In this document: positions 32,379 through 42,591 of the stretch, piece after piece
Position numbering within the stretch: the stretch's first letter is position 1
How the letters are laid out: each line of letters opens with the position of its first letter
Origin: an uncultured Candidatus Saccharibacteria bacterium
GTDB lineage: Bacteria > Patescibacteriota > Minisyncoccia > Minisyncoccales > 2-12-FULL-40-12
DNA: 44,077 bases
Direction of reading: 5' to 3'
Assembly (NCBI GenBank): GCA_964372865.1
Contig: CAYJRW010000001.1
Coordinates: 1 to 44,077 of the forward strand
The notes under the pieces: generated by a model
Seen by the model: only the letters and a program-made list of their open reading frames with translations
The model's database searches: none
Told to the model about the DNA's origin: nothing
Made by a program: the position numbers and the translations under genes

Positions 32379-32933
32379 TTATTTAATAGGGAATCCAATT
32401 AACTTTAGCAACTCTATTCCTTCTTCTCTTTTTTTGGCTGTTGTTACAACTGTCACTTCCAGACCCAAAATATTGCGCATATTTTCAGGCAGAATTTCTG
32501 GGAAAACAATTTGTTCTCTTATGCCAACATTTAAATTTCCTTTTTGGTCAAAGGAGGTCCTTTCAATTCCCTGAAAGTCGCGAGACCTGGGCAAAGCAAT
32601 ATATATTAACCGTTCTAAAAAATCGTACATTCTTTTGCCTCTCATGCTGACACGAGCCCCCAAGGACATACCTTTTCTTGTCTTGAATCCTGCAATGGCT
32701 TTTTTAGCAACCATGATTTGTGGTTTTTGTCCGCAAATTAAAGAAACAGCTTCCAAAATCTCTTGATATATTTTTTTCTGCTCTTCTCCGGATTTTCCTG
32801 AAACCAATCTCCCAAAGCTTGTATTCATAACAACTTTTTCAATTTTAGGCACAGCCATCTGATTTTTATAGCCAAATCTCTTCACCATTTCAGGTACAAC
32901 CTCTTTTTCATATTTATCTCGTAATCTTAACAT
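32379..32933 (-). CDS. rplE: 50S ribosomal protein L5
   Basis: 184 aa with [15 protein letters not shown] and [29 protein letters not shown]. Confidence 0.96.
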   Translation of the reverse strand: MLRLRDKYEKEVVPEMVKRFGYKNQMAVPKIEKVVMNTSFGRLVSGKSGEEQKKIYQEILEAVSLICGQKPQIMVAKKAIAGFKTRKGMSLGARVSMRGKRMYDFLERLIYIALPRSRDFQGIERTSFDQKGNLNVGIREQIVFPEILPENMRNILGLEVTVVTTAKKREEGIELLKLIGFPIK

Positions 32934-32944
32934 AGAAATTCAAA

Positions 32945-32979
32945 CATTTTGCATTTTGAGATTTGAATTTTTCATTTGT
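32945..32979. repeat. Heptanucleotide tract CATTTTG-like (5 units) in the rplX-rplE spacer
   Basis: The plus strand reads cattttg cattttg agatttg aattttt catttgt. An inverted pair aaattcaaa/tttgaattt overlaps it. Confidence 0.7.
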
Positions 32980-32980
32980 A

Positions 32981-33286
32981 TCATATTTCTCCTCCGCATT
33001 CCTTACATATTCTATATTTTTTCTCTTCAGTAATTTTATACCCTACCCTTGTTGCTTTGCCGCATTTTGGACAAACGAGTTTCACGTTAGAAACAGACAG
33101 CGGAACAGGAAGTGTAATGGTCTGGCCTTTTTCGCCTGCTTTTTTAGGCCTTCTGTGTTTTTTTCTTAAATTGACGTTCTCAACCAAAACTTCTCTTTCT
33201 TTTGGAAAAGCCCTTAGCACCTTGCCAGTCCTGCCCCTGTCTTTCCCGGAAATTATTAACACCGTGTCGTCTTTCCGTATTTTCAT
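32981..33286 (-). CDS. rplX: 50S ribosomal protein L24 with a C-terminal CxxC...CxxC motif
   Basis: 101 aa with the KOW motif [23 protein letters not shown]. The C-terminus is [30 protein letters not shown]. Confidence 0.94.
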   Translation of the reverse strand: MKIRKDDTVLIISGKDRGRTGKVLRAFPKEREVLVENVNLRKKHRRPKKAGEKGQTITLPVPLSVSNVKLVCPKCGKATRVGYKITEEKKYRICKECGGEI

Positions 33287-33654
33287 AGTATTTCTTCCGC
33301 CAAGGCAGCGACTTTGTCAAAGCCCTTTTCTTTTACTTCTCTTGCCATAGGCCCCAAAATTCTGCCGCCTTTTGGGTCTTTGGTTTTACCTTCTAAAATT
33401 ACGCAGGCATTATCGTCAAACCTGAGATAAGAGCCGTCTCCCCTCCTCAATTCTTTTTTCTGCCTTATCACTACTGCCCTGACCACATCATGTTTTTTAA
33501 CCAATTTTCTGGGATCTGCCGCTTTTACCGTACCCACAATAACATCGCCAAGCCGGGCATATCTTCGCTTTGAACCGCCCAAAACCCTAAAACACTGCAG
33601 GATTTTAGCGCCTGTATTATCCGCTACCTTTAACATTGTCCTTGGTTGAATCAT
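33283..33654 (-). CDS. rplN: 50S ribosomal protein L14
   Basis: 123 aa: [17 protein letters not shown]. Confidence 0.97.
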   Translation of the reverse strand: MIQPRTMLKVADNTGAKILQCFRVLGGSKRRYARLGDVIVGTVKAADPRKLVKKHDVVRAVVIRQKKELRRGDGSYLRFDDNACVILEGKTKDPKGGRILGPMAREVKEKGFDKVAALAEEIL

Positions 33655-33884
33655 GTTTTTTTAATGACTATCCATCGCTTGTCTTTACTTATCGGTCTGC
33701 TTTCCTCAATTATCACTTTATCACCAGTTTTATATTCTCCCTTTTCATCGTGGGCTTTGTATTTTTTGTGGATTTTGTATCTCCTTTTATACTTTGGATG
33801 TTCTTTCAATCTTTCAACTTCAACCACGACTGTCTTTGCCATTTTGTTTGATACAACTTGGCCCGTTAATCGTCTTTTAGGCAT
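33651..33884 (-). CDS. rpsQ: 30S ribosomal protein S17
   Basis: 77 aa: [29 protein letters not shown]. Confidence 0.95.
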   Translation of the reverse strand: MPKRRLTGQVVSNKMAKTVVVEVERLKEHPKYKRRYKIHKKYKAHDEKGEYKTGDKVIIEESRPISKDKRWIVIKKT

Positions 33885-34065
33885 GTTTTTTTGTTAGTAA
33901 GGTTAATATTTGGGCGATTTCTCTTTTCGTTTTCCTGATTTCTCTGACATTTTTTATTTTACCAGAAGACAAATCAAACCTTAGTTGACGAAGCCTTTCA
34001 CGCCCTTCCGCTAAAATTTTTTGCAGCTCCGTTTTTGATTTTTGGCGTATTTCGGATAACCTCAT
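33877..34065 (-). CDS. rpmC: 50S ribosomal protein L29
   Basis: 62 aa: [42 protein letters not shown]. Confidence 0.93.
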   Translation of the reverse strand: MRLSEIRQKSKTELQKILAEGRERLRQLRFDLSSGKIKNVREIRKTKREIAQILTLLTKKHA

Positions 34066-34069
34066 AAAT

Positions 34070-34474
34070 CTATCTTCTGATAAATTTTGTTTGAACCGGC
34101 AATTTTGCTGCTGCCTTTTTAAAGGCCTCCCTTGCTTGTTCTTCAGGTATCCCCTCTAATTCAAAAATAATCCGCCCAGGTTTTATGGGGAAAACGTAAT
34201 GCGAAACAGAGCCTTTGCCCCCGCCCATTGGCACTTCTGTTCCTTTTTTCGTCACCGGTTTGTCGGGGAAAATTCTCACCCAGAGCTTTCCGCCCTTTTT
34301 TAAGTACCGGATAACTGCCCTTCTTGACGCTTCAATTTGTCTTGCAGTCAGCCATTTTGTTCCAAGGGCTTTTAACCCAAAAGCGCCAAAAGACAGCCCT
34401 GTTGAGCGCGTCTCAATGCCTCTTGACCTGCCTTTCCTCCATTTGCGATGTTTTACTTTTTTAGGAATTAACAT
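34070..34474 (-). CDS. rplP: 50S ribosomal protein L16
   Basis: 134 aa: [16 protein letters not shown]...[32 protein letters not shown]. Confidence 0.97.
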   Translation of the reverse strand: MLIPKKVKHRKWRKGRSRGIETRSTGLSFGAFGLKALGTKWLTARQIEASRRAVIRYLKKGGKLWVRIFPDKPVTKKGTEVPMGGGKGSVSHYVFPIKPGRIIFELEGIPEEQAREAFKKAAAKLPVQTKFIRR

Positions 34475-34477
34475 AAA

Positions 34478-34598
34478 CCGCGATACTAATATACTAATTA
34501 TACAAATACTCGCAGTATTAGCGAGCCCGCCAACTGGCGGACGAGCGGGAGAAGAGATTTATCTCTGCGACCGCATCAATTCATATATTGGCATCGAT
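34478..34598 (-). repeat. Composite repeat element, copy B (121 nt): the same TIR shell as 30801-30879 in inverted orientation, carrying GC-rich core copy 2 (34509-34574)
   Basis: The minus strand reads atcgatgccaatatatgaattgat (22/24 to the copy A left end) and ends agtatattagtatcgcgg (17/18 to the copy A right end). The interior is GCGGTCGC-AGAGATAAATCTCT-TCTCCCGC-TCGT-CCGCCAGTTGGCGG-GCTCGCTAATACTGCGAG. It fills the rpsC-rplP spacer. Confidence 0.8.
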
Positions 34599-35281
34599 TA
34601 GTCTAACCGTTCGCCTTTGTAAATCCACACCTTTACTCCAACTACTCCGTAAGTACAGTAGGCCTCTACCTGAGCATAATCAATATCTGAGCGAAGGGTT
34701 TGCCGAGGCAGCCGCCCTTTTTTTAACCACTCACGCCTGGCAATTTCATTTCCACCCAAACGGCCTGCCACTTCAACCCTGCAGCCCTGGACTCCTTTTT
34801 GTGCCATAATCTTATCTATAATTTGTTTCAAGACCCTTCTGTAATGAATTCTTTTTTCTATTTGTTGGGCAACCCATTGGGCAGAGAGCGTAGCCGACAC
34901 CCAGGGATTTTTAACTTCCCTGATTTCAATCCGGATTTCTTTTGCCACGGCACGAGAAGAGACGCGAGATGAGGCAGGGGCTTTAACTGACTTGTCAGCT
35001 GTCAAAGTATTTTCCAGTGCCTTTTTTAGCTCTTCCACTCCCTGCCCTCCTCGGCCAATGATTAAACCCGGCCTTGCACTTGAAATTATGATATTGATTT
35101 TACCCGGGAATCTTTCTATTTCAATTTTCTCTATGCCAATTTTACCCAATTTCTTTTTTAAAAACTCTCTGATTCTAAAATCCTCCTCCAGATTTTGGGC
35201 AAACTTTTTGTCAACCCAGCGCGAATTCCAATCAGACAACTCTTTTGTTCTAAAAATTTTTGGGTGAACTCTGTGTGACAT
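34598..35281 (-). CDS. rpsC: 30S ribosomal protein S3
   Basis: 227 aa with the KH and S3-C motifs GLIIGRGGQGVEELKK and VAGRLGGNEIARREW. Confidence 0.96.
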   Translation of the reverse strand: MSHRVHPKIFRTKELSDWNSRWVDKKFAQNLEEDFRIREFLKKKLGKIGIEKIEIERFPGKINIIISSARPGLIIGRGGQGVEELKKALENTLTADKSVKAPASSRVSSRAVAKEIRIEIREVKNPWVSATLSAQWVAQQIEKRIHYRRVLKQIIDKIMAQKGVQGCRVEVAGRLGGNEIARREWLKKGRLPRQTLRSDIDYAQVEAYCTYGVVGVKVWIYKGERLD

Positions 35282-35305
35282 AATCGCTTTGCTTAAATTA
35301 AAAAT

Positions 35306-35800
35306 TTAGAATGCTTTTCTTCTGAAAACTCTCTTTATTCCCTTTCCAAACTTCGGCCTGGTGACTTCTTTTTCTTCTGGTTTTACTCTCTGTTTTTTTA
35401 TTTTAGTTGATTCTTTTATTTCCATGGTTTTCTTTTCAATTCTTTTTCTTTTTTCAACTTTTGTCGGTTTAATAGCGTCGAGGACCAAATTGATATGGGA
35501 AGTTTTTTTCTGAATTTCGGAAGCAGAGCCGCGAGCTCTTGGCATCCAACGTTTTAATTTTGGCCCCTCGTCAACCGTAATTCTGGAAATATAGAGATTT
35601 GAATCCTCCAGATGAAACTGGTTTTCGGCATTGGATAATGCTGACTTCAATAATTTTTGCAAAGCAGGGGCTGCTTTTTTGGTTGTAAAAGCCAAAATAT
35701 TCTGGGCCTCTTTGACCTTTTTACCCCTTATCAGGTCAGCGACTAGCCTGACTTTTCTTGGCGCTATTCTTAAATAATTTAATTTAGCTGTTACTGGCAT
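35306..35800 (-). CDS. rplV: 50S ribosomal protein L22 with a Lys-rich C-terminal extension
   Basis: The ORF is trimmed to MPVTAKLNYLRIAPRKVRLVADLIRGK (164 aa). The start lies 1 nt after the rpsS stop. Confidence 0.93.
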   Translation of the reverse strand: MPVTAKLNYLRIAPRKVRLVADLIRGKKVKEAQNILAFTTKKAAPALQKLLKSALSNAENQFHLEDSNLYISRITVDEGPKLKRWMPRARGSASEIQKKTSHINLVLDAIKPTKVEKRKRIEKKTMEIKESTKIKKQRVKPEEKEVTRPKFGKGIKRVFRRKAF

Positions 35801-35801
35801 A

Positions 35802-36119
35802 CTATTGAGCTTGTTCTTCTGTTTTCTCTGCTTCTTTTTCTGCTCCCTTTTGTTCCAGTTCTCTTTGCATTTTTCCTCCGTGTCTGAAAAACTTTGTGGT
35901 CGGGGAAAACTCTCCCAAGCGGTGGCCCACCATTTCTTCTGTTGCTTTAACCTGGATGAATTCTTTGCCGTTGTGAACTCCAAAAACAAACCCGACCATT
36001 TCTGGAGTTATGGTGGCTGCTCTTGACCAGGTTTTAATAATTTCACCAGGTTTTGCTCTCTTTATCTTCTCTAATAATCTTTCGTCTATATATGGGCCTT
36101 TTTTTAAACTTCTTGCCAT
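35802..36119 (-). CDS. rpsS: 30S ribosomal protein S19 (with a C-terminal acidic/basic tail)
   Basis: 105 aa: [12 protein letters not shown]...[29 protein letters not shown]. Confidence 0.96.
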   Translation of the reverse strand: MARSLKKGPYIDERLLEKIKRAKPGEIIKTWSRAATITPEMVGFVFGVHNGKEFIQVKATEEMVGHRLGEFSPTTKFFRHGGKMQRELEQKGAEKEAEKTEEQAQ

Positions 36120-36893
36120 TTATTTTCTTCTTTTTATTATGTATTTATCCGTCCATTTTCTGCTTCTTGTTTTCACGCCTAAGGCATGTTTGCCCCAGGG
36201 CGTTTTAGGATATTTCAAGCCAATGGGAGCCTTACCTTCACCCCCGCCGTGAGGATGTGCCGCCGGAATCATTGCTTTGCCGCGCACCTCTGGCCTGCGG
36301 CCTTTCAGCCGCTGCAAGCCGGCTTTCCCAACTTTTTCAAATCTCCTTTCAGGGTGTGATACCTGACCTATTGAAGCAAAGCACTCCTGAGAAACCTTTC
36401 TGCTTTCTCTGGAAGGCATTTCCAAAGAAATCAGTTTACCCTCCTTAGCCAAGACCTTGGCTGCAGTTCCTGCCCCCCTTGTCATTTGTCCGCCTTTGCC
36501 CGGCATAATTTCAATATTATAAACCATTGTCCCGACAGGGATATTTTTTAACTTCATTCTGTTGCCGAGCTTAATATCCGTTTTTTCCTGACAAACAATT
36601 TCGTCGCCAACTTTTATTCCATGAGGGGCTATTTGATAACACTTTTGGCCGTCTGAATACTCCAAAAGCATCAGGAAAGCCGTTCTGTTGGGGTCATATT
36701 CCAAGGCAATGACTTTTGCTATTTTACCCAATTTCTCCTGCCCGAAATCAACCAGGCGGTAAAGCCGCTTTGCCCCTCCTCCCCTATGACGAACGGTAAT
36801 TCTTCCGCCCGACCCTCTGCCAGCTCTTTTTGGCAAATACATGAGTAATCTTTTTTCCGGTTCTTTTTTTGCAAGTAAAGGATATTTTGCCAT
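36120..36893 (-). CDS. rplB: 50S ribosomal protein L2 (shortened N-terminus)
   Basis: 257 aa with GRITVRHRGGGAKRLYRLVDF and HPHGGGEGK. Confidence 0.96.
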   Translation of the reverse strand: MAKYPLLAKKEPEKRLLMYLPKRAGRGSGGRITVRHRGGGAKRLYRLVDFGQEKLGKIAKVIALEYDPNRTAFLMLLEYSDGQKCYQIAPHGIKVGDEIVCQEKTDIKLGNRMKLKNIPVGTMVYNIEIMPGKGGQMTRGAGTAAKVLAKEGKLISLEMPSRESRKVSQECFASIGQVSHPERRFEKVGKAGLQRLKGRRPEVRGKAMIPAAHPHGGGEGKAPIGLKYPKTPWGKHALGVKTRSRKWTDKYIIKRRK

Positions 36894-36895
36894 AA

Positions 36896-37294
36896 TTATC
36901 TGGGTAATAACTCGATTTTCTGCCCTTCTTTTATTTTCACAATTGCTTTTTTATATCCCTTTCTCCAACCTAAAATTCGGCCTTGCCGCCTCTTCTTTTT
37001 ATGGGCTTTGATGATTTTAACACCCAAAACGTCAACGCCGTACAAATCCTCAACAGCTTTCTTTACCTTAGTTTTATTTGCTTTTGGCATAATCTTAAAA
37101 GCGTATTGATTTTGTTTTGCAAGGTCCGTTGCTTTTTCCGTAATCTGGGGCGACTTTAACACTTCCCACGCCTGTCCCGCTCTTTTCTTTTTGGTCATAT
37201 CAGGTTTAACTTCTGTTTTAAGCTCCCTTTCTTTTTGTGAGCTTTCGGCTTTTTCCTTTTTTGGTTTTCTTTTGAAAATATTTAAAATTGCCAT
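36896..37294 (-). CDS. rplW: 50S ribosomal protein L23 with a Lys-rich N-terminal extension of about 45 aa
   Basis: 132 aa. LKSPQITEKATDLAKQNQYAFKI...VKKAVEDLYGVDV is the L23 core. Confidence 0.92.
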   Translation of the reverse strand: MAILNIFKRKPKKEKAESSQKERELKTEVKPDMTKKKRAGQAWEVLKSPQITEKATDLAKQNQYAFKIMPKANKTKVKKAVEDLYGVDVLGVKIIKAHKKKRRQGRILGWRKGYKKAIVKIKEGQKIELLPR

Positions 37295-37295
37295 A

Positions 37296-37940
37296 TTACT
37301 TCAGAAATGTTTCCTTGATAATTTTTATTGAATCTTTTGGCATTATCAGATACTTAAAAGAAAGCAAATCAAGCGCATTCAGGTCTTTTGCTTGAATGGT
37401 TTTAGCTAAAGCTAAATTTCTGGCTGCCAGAATTATATTTTTGTCGTATTCTGGCAAAGCGATTAAGAAGCTTTCCCCTTTAAAATTTTTGACTTTCAAT
37501 TTCCAATTTTCAATTAATTCAGCGAATGGTTTTGTTTTTGGCTTTTCCAACTTTACTTTATCAAACACTATCAGCAAATTATTTTTGGCTTTGGCAGATA
37601 AAACCATAAAAATTGCCTTTCTTCTCATTTTCTTTACAATAACTTTTTTAAAGACCTTTTCTTTTGTCGGCCCGAAAGTGACTCCCCCTCCCCGCCATAA
37701 AGGCGAACGAATGCTACCTACCCTGGCGCGGCCGGTTCCTTTTTGACGCCATGGCTTTTTACCCCCGCCTCTGACCTCTCCCCTTCCTTTCGTATGCGCA
37801 ATTACCTTTCTGCGATTGGCCGTTTGCGACACAACAACCTGATGAAGCAGATCAGGGTTCATCTTAACTTCAAAAATTTCCTTTGGCAAAATGGCTGTCC
37901 CTACTTCTTTGCCTTCTTGGTTGTAAACGATAGCTTTCAT
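37296..37940 (-). CDS. rplD: 50S ribosomal protein L4
   Basis: 214 aa: RGEVRGGGKKPWRQKGTGRARVGSIRSPLWRGGGVTFGP. Confidence 0.96.
   Translation of the reverse strand: MKAIVYNQEGKEVGTAILPKEIFEVKMNPDLLHQVVVSQTANRRKVIAHTKGRGEVRGGGKKPWRQKGTGRARVGSIRSPLWRGGGVTFGPTKEKVFKKVIVKKMRRKAIFMVLSAKAKNNLLIVFDKVKLEKPKTKPFAELIENWKLKVKNFKGESFLIALPEYDKNIILAARNLALAKTIQAKDLNALDLLSFKYLIMPKDSIKIIKETFLK
37497..37517. repeat. Heptanucleotide tract CAATTTC-like (3 units) inside rplD, sharing a 19-nt identical string with the secA tract
   Basis: The units are caatttc caatttt caattaa. The string caatttccaattttcaatt (37497-37515) is identical to 7625-7643. Confidence 0.8.
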
Positions 37941-37946
37941 AATTTT

Positions 37947-38375
37947 TTATCCTCGTATTTCCAATAACGTTCCTTTCCTCCCAGGAACAGCTCCCTTCAA
38001 GGCAATTAAATTGTTCTCTGTATCTACTTTTACGACTTTTAAATTTCTAACGGTTACTCTGCGGTTTCCCATGCGGCCTGGCATCTTTCTGCCTTTAATA
38101 ACTCTCTCGGGAAAAGACGTGCCCACAGAACCAGGAGTTCTTAATTCGTGTTTGGTTCCGTGGGTTGCGCTTCTGCCTGCAAATCCCCATCTTTTGACCA
38201 CCCCTTGAAAACCCTTGCCCTTGGAAAGCCCCGAAACCTTGACTTTGTCGCCTTCTTTGAATAACGAAGTGTCGTTTTTTTCTCCGGCCGTTCCAATCAA
38301 AGTTACCGGAACAGCATTTCCTTTTTCGTCAAAAATCTGCGTCATACCAAGTTTTGCTCCTGAAACGCTTTTCAT
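37947..38375 (-). CDS. rplC: 50S ribosomal protein L3, internally shortened (142 aa)
   Basis: The start is taken at MKSVSGAKLGMTQIF (alternative ATG at 38414). Motifs are SKGKGFQGVVKRWGF and GRMGNRRVTVRNLKVVKVD. Confidence 0.9.
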   Translation of the reverse strand: MKSVSGAKLGMTQIFDEKGNAVPVTLIGTAGEKNDTSLFKEGDKVKVSGLSKGKGFQGVVKRWGFAGRSATHGTKHELRTPGSVGTSFPERVIKGRKMPGRMGNRRVTVRNLKVVKVDTENNLIALKGAVPGRKGTLLEIRG

Positions 38376-38434
38376 GGTCTGTAAATTAAAAACTGGGCCA
38401 AGCCCAGCCTTCAAAGATTTAACACGTTATTCTA

Positions 38435-38776
38435 CTACATCTTTATTTCAATATCTACTCCGGCTGGCAAGGTTAAACTCATTAAGGCGTCAATTACTTT
38501 TGGGTTGGGGTCTATAACGTCAATTAGTCGCTTGTGAGTTCTCATTTCAAACTGCTCTCTGGCGTCTTTGTGTATGAAAGAAGAGCGGTTCACGGTGTAT
38601 TTGCTAATTTCCGTGGGCAAAGGCACAGGGCCGAGAACTTCTGCCCCGTGGCGCAAGACAACATCAATAATCTGTTTTGCAGAATTGTCAATAACCTTGT
38701 GGTCAAAAGCCAGCAACTTAATGCGAATTTTGGGCTTAACCGCCTCTTTGACTTCAACAACTTTCTTTTTGGCCAT
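38435..38776 (-). CDS. rpsJ: 30S ribosomal protein S10
   Basis: 113 aa: [22 protein letters not shown]...RTHKRLIDV. The ATG overlaps the tuf stop (TAATG). Confidence 0.96.
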   Translation of the reverse strand: MAKKKVVEVKEAVKPKIRIKLLAFDHKVIDNSAKQIIDVVLRHGAEVLGPVPLPTEISKYTVNRSSFIHKDAREQFEMRTHKRLIDVIDPNPKVIDALMSLTLPAGVDIEIKM

Positions 38777-39975
38777 TATTTAGCTATTTTTGTCACAACG
38801 CCTGCCCCAACGGTTTTTCCTCCCTCTCTAATGGCAAATCTCTGTTGTTCTTCCATGGCAATTGGCGCAATCAGTTTAATGTTCAAATTAACCGTGTCTC
38901 CAGGCATAACCATTTCTGTTCCTTCTGGTAAAGTTACATCTCCTGTCACATCGGTTGTTCTGACATAAAATTGTGGCTTGTATCCGGTAAAGAAAGGAGT
39001 ATGCCTGCCGCCTTCTTCTTTGGTCAAAATGTAAACCTCGGCTTCAAACTCGGTGTGAGGGGTAATCGATGCTGGCCTTGCCAGAACCTGACCTCTTTCC
39101 ACGTCTTCTTTTTTCAGGCCCCTCAACAAAATGCCAACGTTGTCTCCGGCTCTCCCTTCATCAAGAATTTTCTGGAACATTTCAATGCTGACTGCCACGG
39201 TCTTTTGGGTTGGCTTAACGCCTATAAGCTCCACTTCCTCGTTCGCCTTGACAACGCCTCTTTCAACCCTGCCAGTAACCACGGTTCCGCGGCCAGCTAT
39301 TGAGAAAACGTCTTCAATAGCCATCAAAAATGGTTTGTCAATTTCTCTGACGGGCTCAGGGATGTAATCGTCGGCGGCCTTAATTAAGTCCAAAATTGGT
39401 TTAGCTGCTTCCTCCTCTGCCGATTTTGCCTGCAGGGCTTTTAAAGCTGAACCACGAATTATTGGAATTTGGTCTCCAGGGAAATCATATTTTTTCAAAA
39501 GCTCTCTGATTTCTGACTCAACTAAATTAACCATTTCTTGGTCTTCCACCATGTCAACTTTGTTCAAAAATACAACAATTGCTGGCAACCCAACTTGCCT
39601 TGCCAAAAGAATATGCTCTCTTGTCTGGGGCATGGGGCCGTCAGCAGCAGACACAACCAAAATAGCTCCGTCCATTTGGGCGGCTCCCGTAATCATGTTC
39701 TTAATGTAGTCAGCGTGCCCCGGACAGTCAATGTGGGCGTAGTGCCTTTTTTCCGATTCATACTCCAAATGGGAAATGGAGATGGTAAGCCCCCTGGCTT
39801 TTTCTTCGGGAGCTGAGTCAATTTCATCAACCGACTTTTCTGAGGCCTTGAAGCCCTTTAAGTTCAGCACATGCAAAATAGCGGCCACCAAAGTGGTCTT
39901 TCCGTGGTCAACGTGGCCTATAGTGCCTATGTTGACGTGGGGTTTTGCTCTTTCAAATTTTTCTTTTTCCGCCAT
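38776..39975 (-). CDS. tuf: Elongation factor Tu
   Basis: 399 aa with [17 protein letters not shown] and NKVD. Confidence 0.98.
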   Translation of the reverse strand: MAEKEKFERAKPHVNIGTIGHVDHGKTTLVAAILHVLNLKGFKASEKSVDEIDSAPEEKARGLTISISHLEYESEKRHYAHIDCPGHADYIKNMITGAAQMDGAILVVSAADGPMPQTREHILLARQVGLPAIVVFLNKVDMVEDQEMVNLVESEIRELLKKYDFPGDQIPIIRGSALKALQAKSAEEEAAKPILDLIKAADDYIPEPVREIDKPFLMAIEDVFSIAGRGTVVTGRVERGVVKANEEVELIGVKPTQKTVAVSIEMFQKILDEGRAGDNVGILLRGLKKEDVERGQVLARPASITPHTEFEAEVYILTKEEGGRHTPFFTGYKPQFYVRTTDVTGDVTLPEGTEMVMPGDTVNLNIKLIAPIAMEEQQRFAIREGGKTVGAGVVTKIAK

Positions 39976-40029
39976 AACTTTGATTATTATTTTATTATGC
40001 TGTTAATTTATCAAACCTTTTTTATTTTG

Positions 40030-42117
40030 TCAACGTCTTTTGCCTTCTATTATTTCTTGCGCTATATTCTGAGGCACTTGGTCATAATGGCTAAACTCCA
40101 TAGTAAATGTTCCTCTGCCTTCTGTCAAGCTCCTCAAGGCCGTGGCGTAGCCGAACATTTCAGCCAAAGGAACTGTGGCGTCTATAACTTTCAGATTTAT
40201 TCTGTCTTTGGTTTCTTCAATTCTTCCTCTTCTCGAGGACAGGTCTCCAATCGCATCTCCAAAAAAATCAGAAGGTACAACAACTTCCAAGCGCATTATT
40301 GGCTCAAGGAGTACTGGTTTTGCTTTTTTGCAGGCTTCCTGTAAAGCTATTGACCCTGCAATTTTGAAGGCAATTTCAGAAGAGTCAACTTCGTGAAAAG
40401 AGCCGTCATAAAGCGTGACAGCCATATCCACCATAGGGTAGCCGGCCACAATTCCTTTATCTATTGCTTCTTTCACTCCCTTTTCCACTGCCGGAATAAA
40501 CTCTTTTGGAATAACGCCTCCTTTAATCTCGTCTATGAATTCAAATCCCTGCCCTCTTTCTTTTGGTTCAAGTTTTAACCAAACATGGCCGTACTGGCCT
40601 CTGCCGCCTGACTGCCTGATATATTTGCCTTCAGCTTCTGCCGTTTCTTTGATTGTCTCTTTGTAAGCAACCTGAGGCCTGCCAACATTCCCTTCAACCT
40701 TAAATTCTCTTTTCATTCTATCAACAATTATTTCCAAATGCAACTCCCCCATACCGGAAATTATGGTCTCGCCTGTTTCCAGGTCTCCTCTGATTCTGAA
40801 AGTCGGGTCTTCTTCTGCCAGACGCTTTAGGGCTACTCCCATCTTTTCCTGGTCTGCTTTGGTTTTGGGCTCAATCCTGATTGAAATGACGGGCTCTGGA
40901 AAAGCAATTTTTTCCAATACTATTGGTTTTTGTTCATCGCACAAGGTGTGGCCTGTTTTGGTGTTTTTCAGGCCGACTGTAGCGGCAATATCTCCTGCAA
41001 AAACTTCGGAGACCTCTTCCCTTTCCTGGGCGTACATTCTCAAAATTCTGCCAATTCTCTCTTTTTCGCCTGTTGTCGTGTTTAGCAAATAAGAGCCTTT
41101 TTGCAAAGCTCCAGAATAAACTCTGAAATATGTTAGAGTTCCCACATAAGGATCTGAAGCAATCTTAAAAGCAAGGGCTGAAAAGGGTTCTTTGTCAGAA
41201 GGCTTCCTCTCAATTTCTTCTCCGGATTTGGGGTCAACACCTCCGACTGGCGGTAAATCAATAGGACTCGGAAGATAATGGCAAACCGCGTCCAAAACCG
41301 GCTGAATTCCTTTATTCCTTAAAGCTGCTCCGCAAAACACGGGAATAAGTTTATATTCCAAAGTCGCTTTTCTCAAAACCTCTCTCAATGCATCAGCCGA
41401 AATTTCTTTTTTAGCCAAATATTTTTCCAAAAGTTTTTCGTCTTCAGCAGCTATCTTTTCAACCATTTTCTCGCGCCACTCCTTTGCTTTCTCTTTTAAA
41501 CTTTCAGGAATATCCTCTTCTTTAACTATCTGCCCGAAGTCGCCCTCAAATTTTATTGCCCTCATCTTTAACAAATCAATAACGCCTTCAAAGCTTTCTT
41601 CTGCTCCGATTGGTATCTGAAGAGCTACGGCCGAGGGAGTTAACTTTTGCAAAATTGATTCCAGCCCTTTTTCAAAAGAAGCCCCCATTCGGTCAAGCTT
41701 GTTGATAAAACAAATTCTTGGAACCTGAAATTTATCTGCCTGACGCCAGACAGTTTCTGACTGGGGTTCAACTCCAGCTACTCCGTCAAAAACAACAACT
41801 GCTCCGTCCAAAACTCTGAGAGAACGCTGAACTTCTGCCGTAAAATCAATGTGCCCTGGAGTGTCAATGATATTTATTCTGTACTCTTGGCCTTCAACCT
41901 TCCAAAAACAAGTGGTGGCTGCAGCAGTAATTGTGATTCCCCTTTCTCTTTCCTGTTCCATCCAGTCCATAACTGCCTGCCCCTCGTGAACCTCACCTAA
42001 CTTATGCGAAATTCCAGTATAAAAAAGTATCCGTTCTGAAACGGTCGTCTTGCCAGCATCAATATGCGCAATAATTCCTATATCTCTGTATTTTTCAATT
42101 GGATATTGTCTCGCCAT
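40030..42117 (-). CDS. fusA: Elongation factor G
   Basis: The ORF is trimmed to [25 protein letters not shown] (695 aa). The start lies 4 nt after the rpsG stop. Confidence 0.97.
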   Translation of the reverse strand: MARQYPIEKYRDIGIIAHIDAGKTTVSERILFYTGISHKLGEVHEGQAVMDWMEQERERGITITAAATTCFWKVEGQEYRINIIDTPGHIDFTAEVQRSLRVLDGAVVVFDGVAGVEPQSETVWRQADKFQVPRICFINKLDRMGASFEKGLESILQKLTPSAVALQIPIGAEESFEGVIDLLKMRAIKFEGDFGQIVKEEDIPESLKEKAKEWREKMVEKIAAEDEKLLEKYLAKKEISADALREVLRKATLEYKLIPVFCGAALRNKGIQPVLDAVCHYLPSPIDLPPVGGVDPKSGEEIERKPSDKEPFSALAFKIASDPYVGTLTYFRVYSGALQKGSYLLNTTTGEKERIGRILRMYAQEREEVSEVFAGDIAATVGLKNTKTGHTLCDEQKPIVLEKIAFPEPVISIRIEPKTKADQEKMGVALKRLAEEDPTFRIRGDLETGETIISGMGELHLEIIVDRMKREFKVEGNVGRPQVAYKETIKETAEAEGKYIRQSGGRGQYGHVWLKLEPKERGQGFEFIDEIKGGVIPKEFIPAVEKGVKEAIDKGIVAGYPMVDMAVTLYDGSFHEVDSSEIAFKIAGSIALQEACKKAKPVLLEPIMRLEVVVPSDFFGDAIGDLSSRRGRIEETKDRINLKVIDATVPLAEMFGYATALRSLTEGRGTFTMEFSHYDQVPQNIAQEIIEGKRR

Positions 42118-42121
42118 AAAT

Positions 42122-42589
42122 TTACCAAGCAAAATGGGCAAAGGCTCTGTTGGCCTCTGCCATTCTCTGGGTGTCTTGTTTTTTCTTGACTGCCCAGCCC
42201 TGATTGCTTGCCGCATCCATCAGCTCTTGAGCCAACCTTTCTCTCATTGGTTTGCCCTTTCTTCCCCTTGCTCCCTGCAGTATCCAGCGCATAGCCAGAG
42301 TAATTTTTCTGTCTCCCCTCACCTCTCTTGGCACCTGATAAGTGGCTCCGCCGATTCTTTTTGATTTTACTTCAACAAAGGGGCCTGCGTTTTGCAACGC
42401 CTGTTCAAAAACCTCCAACGGCTCTTTTTTGGTTTTTTCCTTGATAATGTCAAAGGCCTTGTAGACAATCTTTCTGGCAATTGTTTTTTTACCTTTTCTC
42501 ATCACCTGATTGATAAATTTGGCAACAATAGTTTTGTCGTAAACCGGATCTGGCTGAATTATTCGTTTTTCTACCTTTCTTCGTGCCAT
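42122..42589 (-). CDS. rpsG: 30S ribosomal protein S7
   Basis: 155 aa: [22 protein letters not shown]...GGATYQVP. Confidence 0.96.
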   Translation of the reverse strand: MARRKVEKRIIQPDPVYDKTIVAKFINQVMRKGKKTIARKIVYKAFDIIKEKTKKEPLEVFEQALQNAGPFVEVKSKRIGGATYQVPREVRGDRKITLAMRWILQGARGRKGKPMRERLAQELMDAASNQGWAVKKKQDTQRMAEANRAFAHFAW

Positions 42590-42591
42590 AA

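Noticed and set aside
17974-33286. Alternative genetic code (UGA recoded as an amino acid).
   Set aside because: TGA serves as the terminal stop of well-delimited conserved genes (infA at 17974-17976, rplX at 32981-32983). All conserved proteins read through cleanly under the standard code.
38534-40344. Long plus-strand ORFs such as 39871-40344 (157 aa) and 38534-38968 (144 aa). Others of the same kind are 34215-34601, 32976-33350, 14902-15270, 17439-17810 and 259-579.
   Set aside because: All lie antisense to strongly conserved minus-strand genes (tuf, fusA, rplP, rplX, rplM, rpsM, the ATPase). Their translations are low-complexity with no recognisable motifs. They are shadow ORFs.
40030-42216. 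N-terminally extended ORF calls in the track: fusA 728 aa, rplV 227 aa (35306-35989), rplO 103 aa (29944-30255), rplF, rpsN, alaS and the NTase (6709-7269).
   Set aside because: The extensions overlap the upstream gene and precede a Met that begins the canonical conserved N-terminus (for example [25 protein letters not shown]). I moved the starts to the internal Met.
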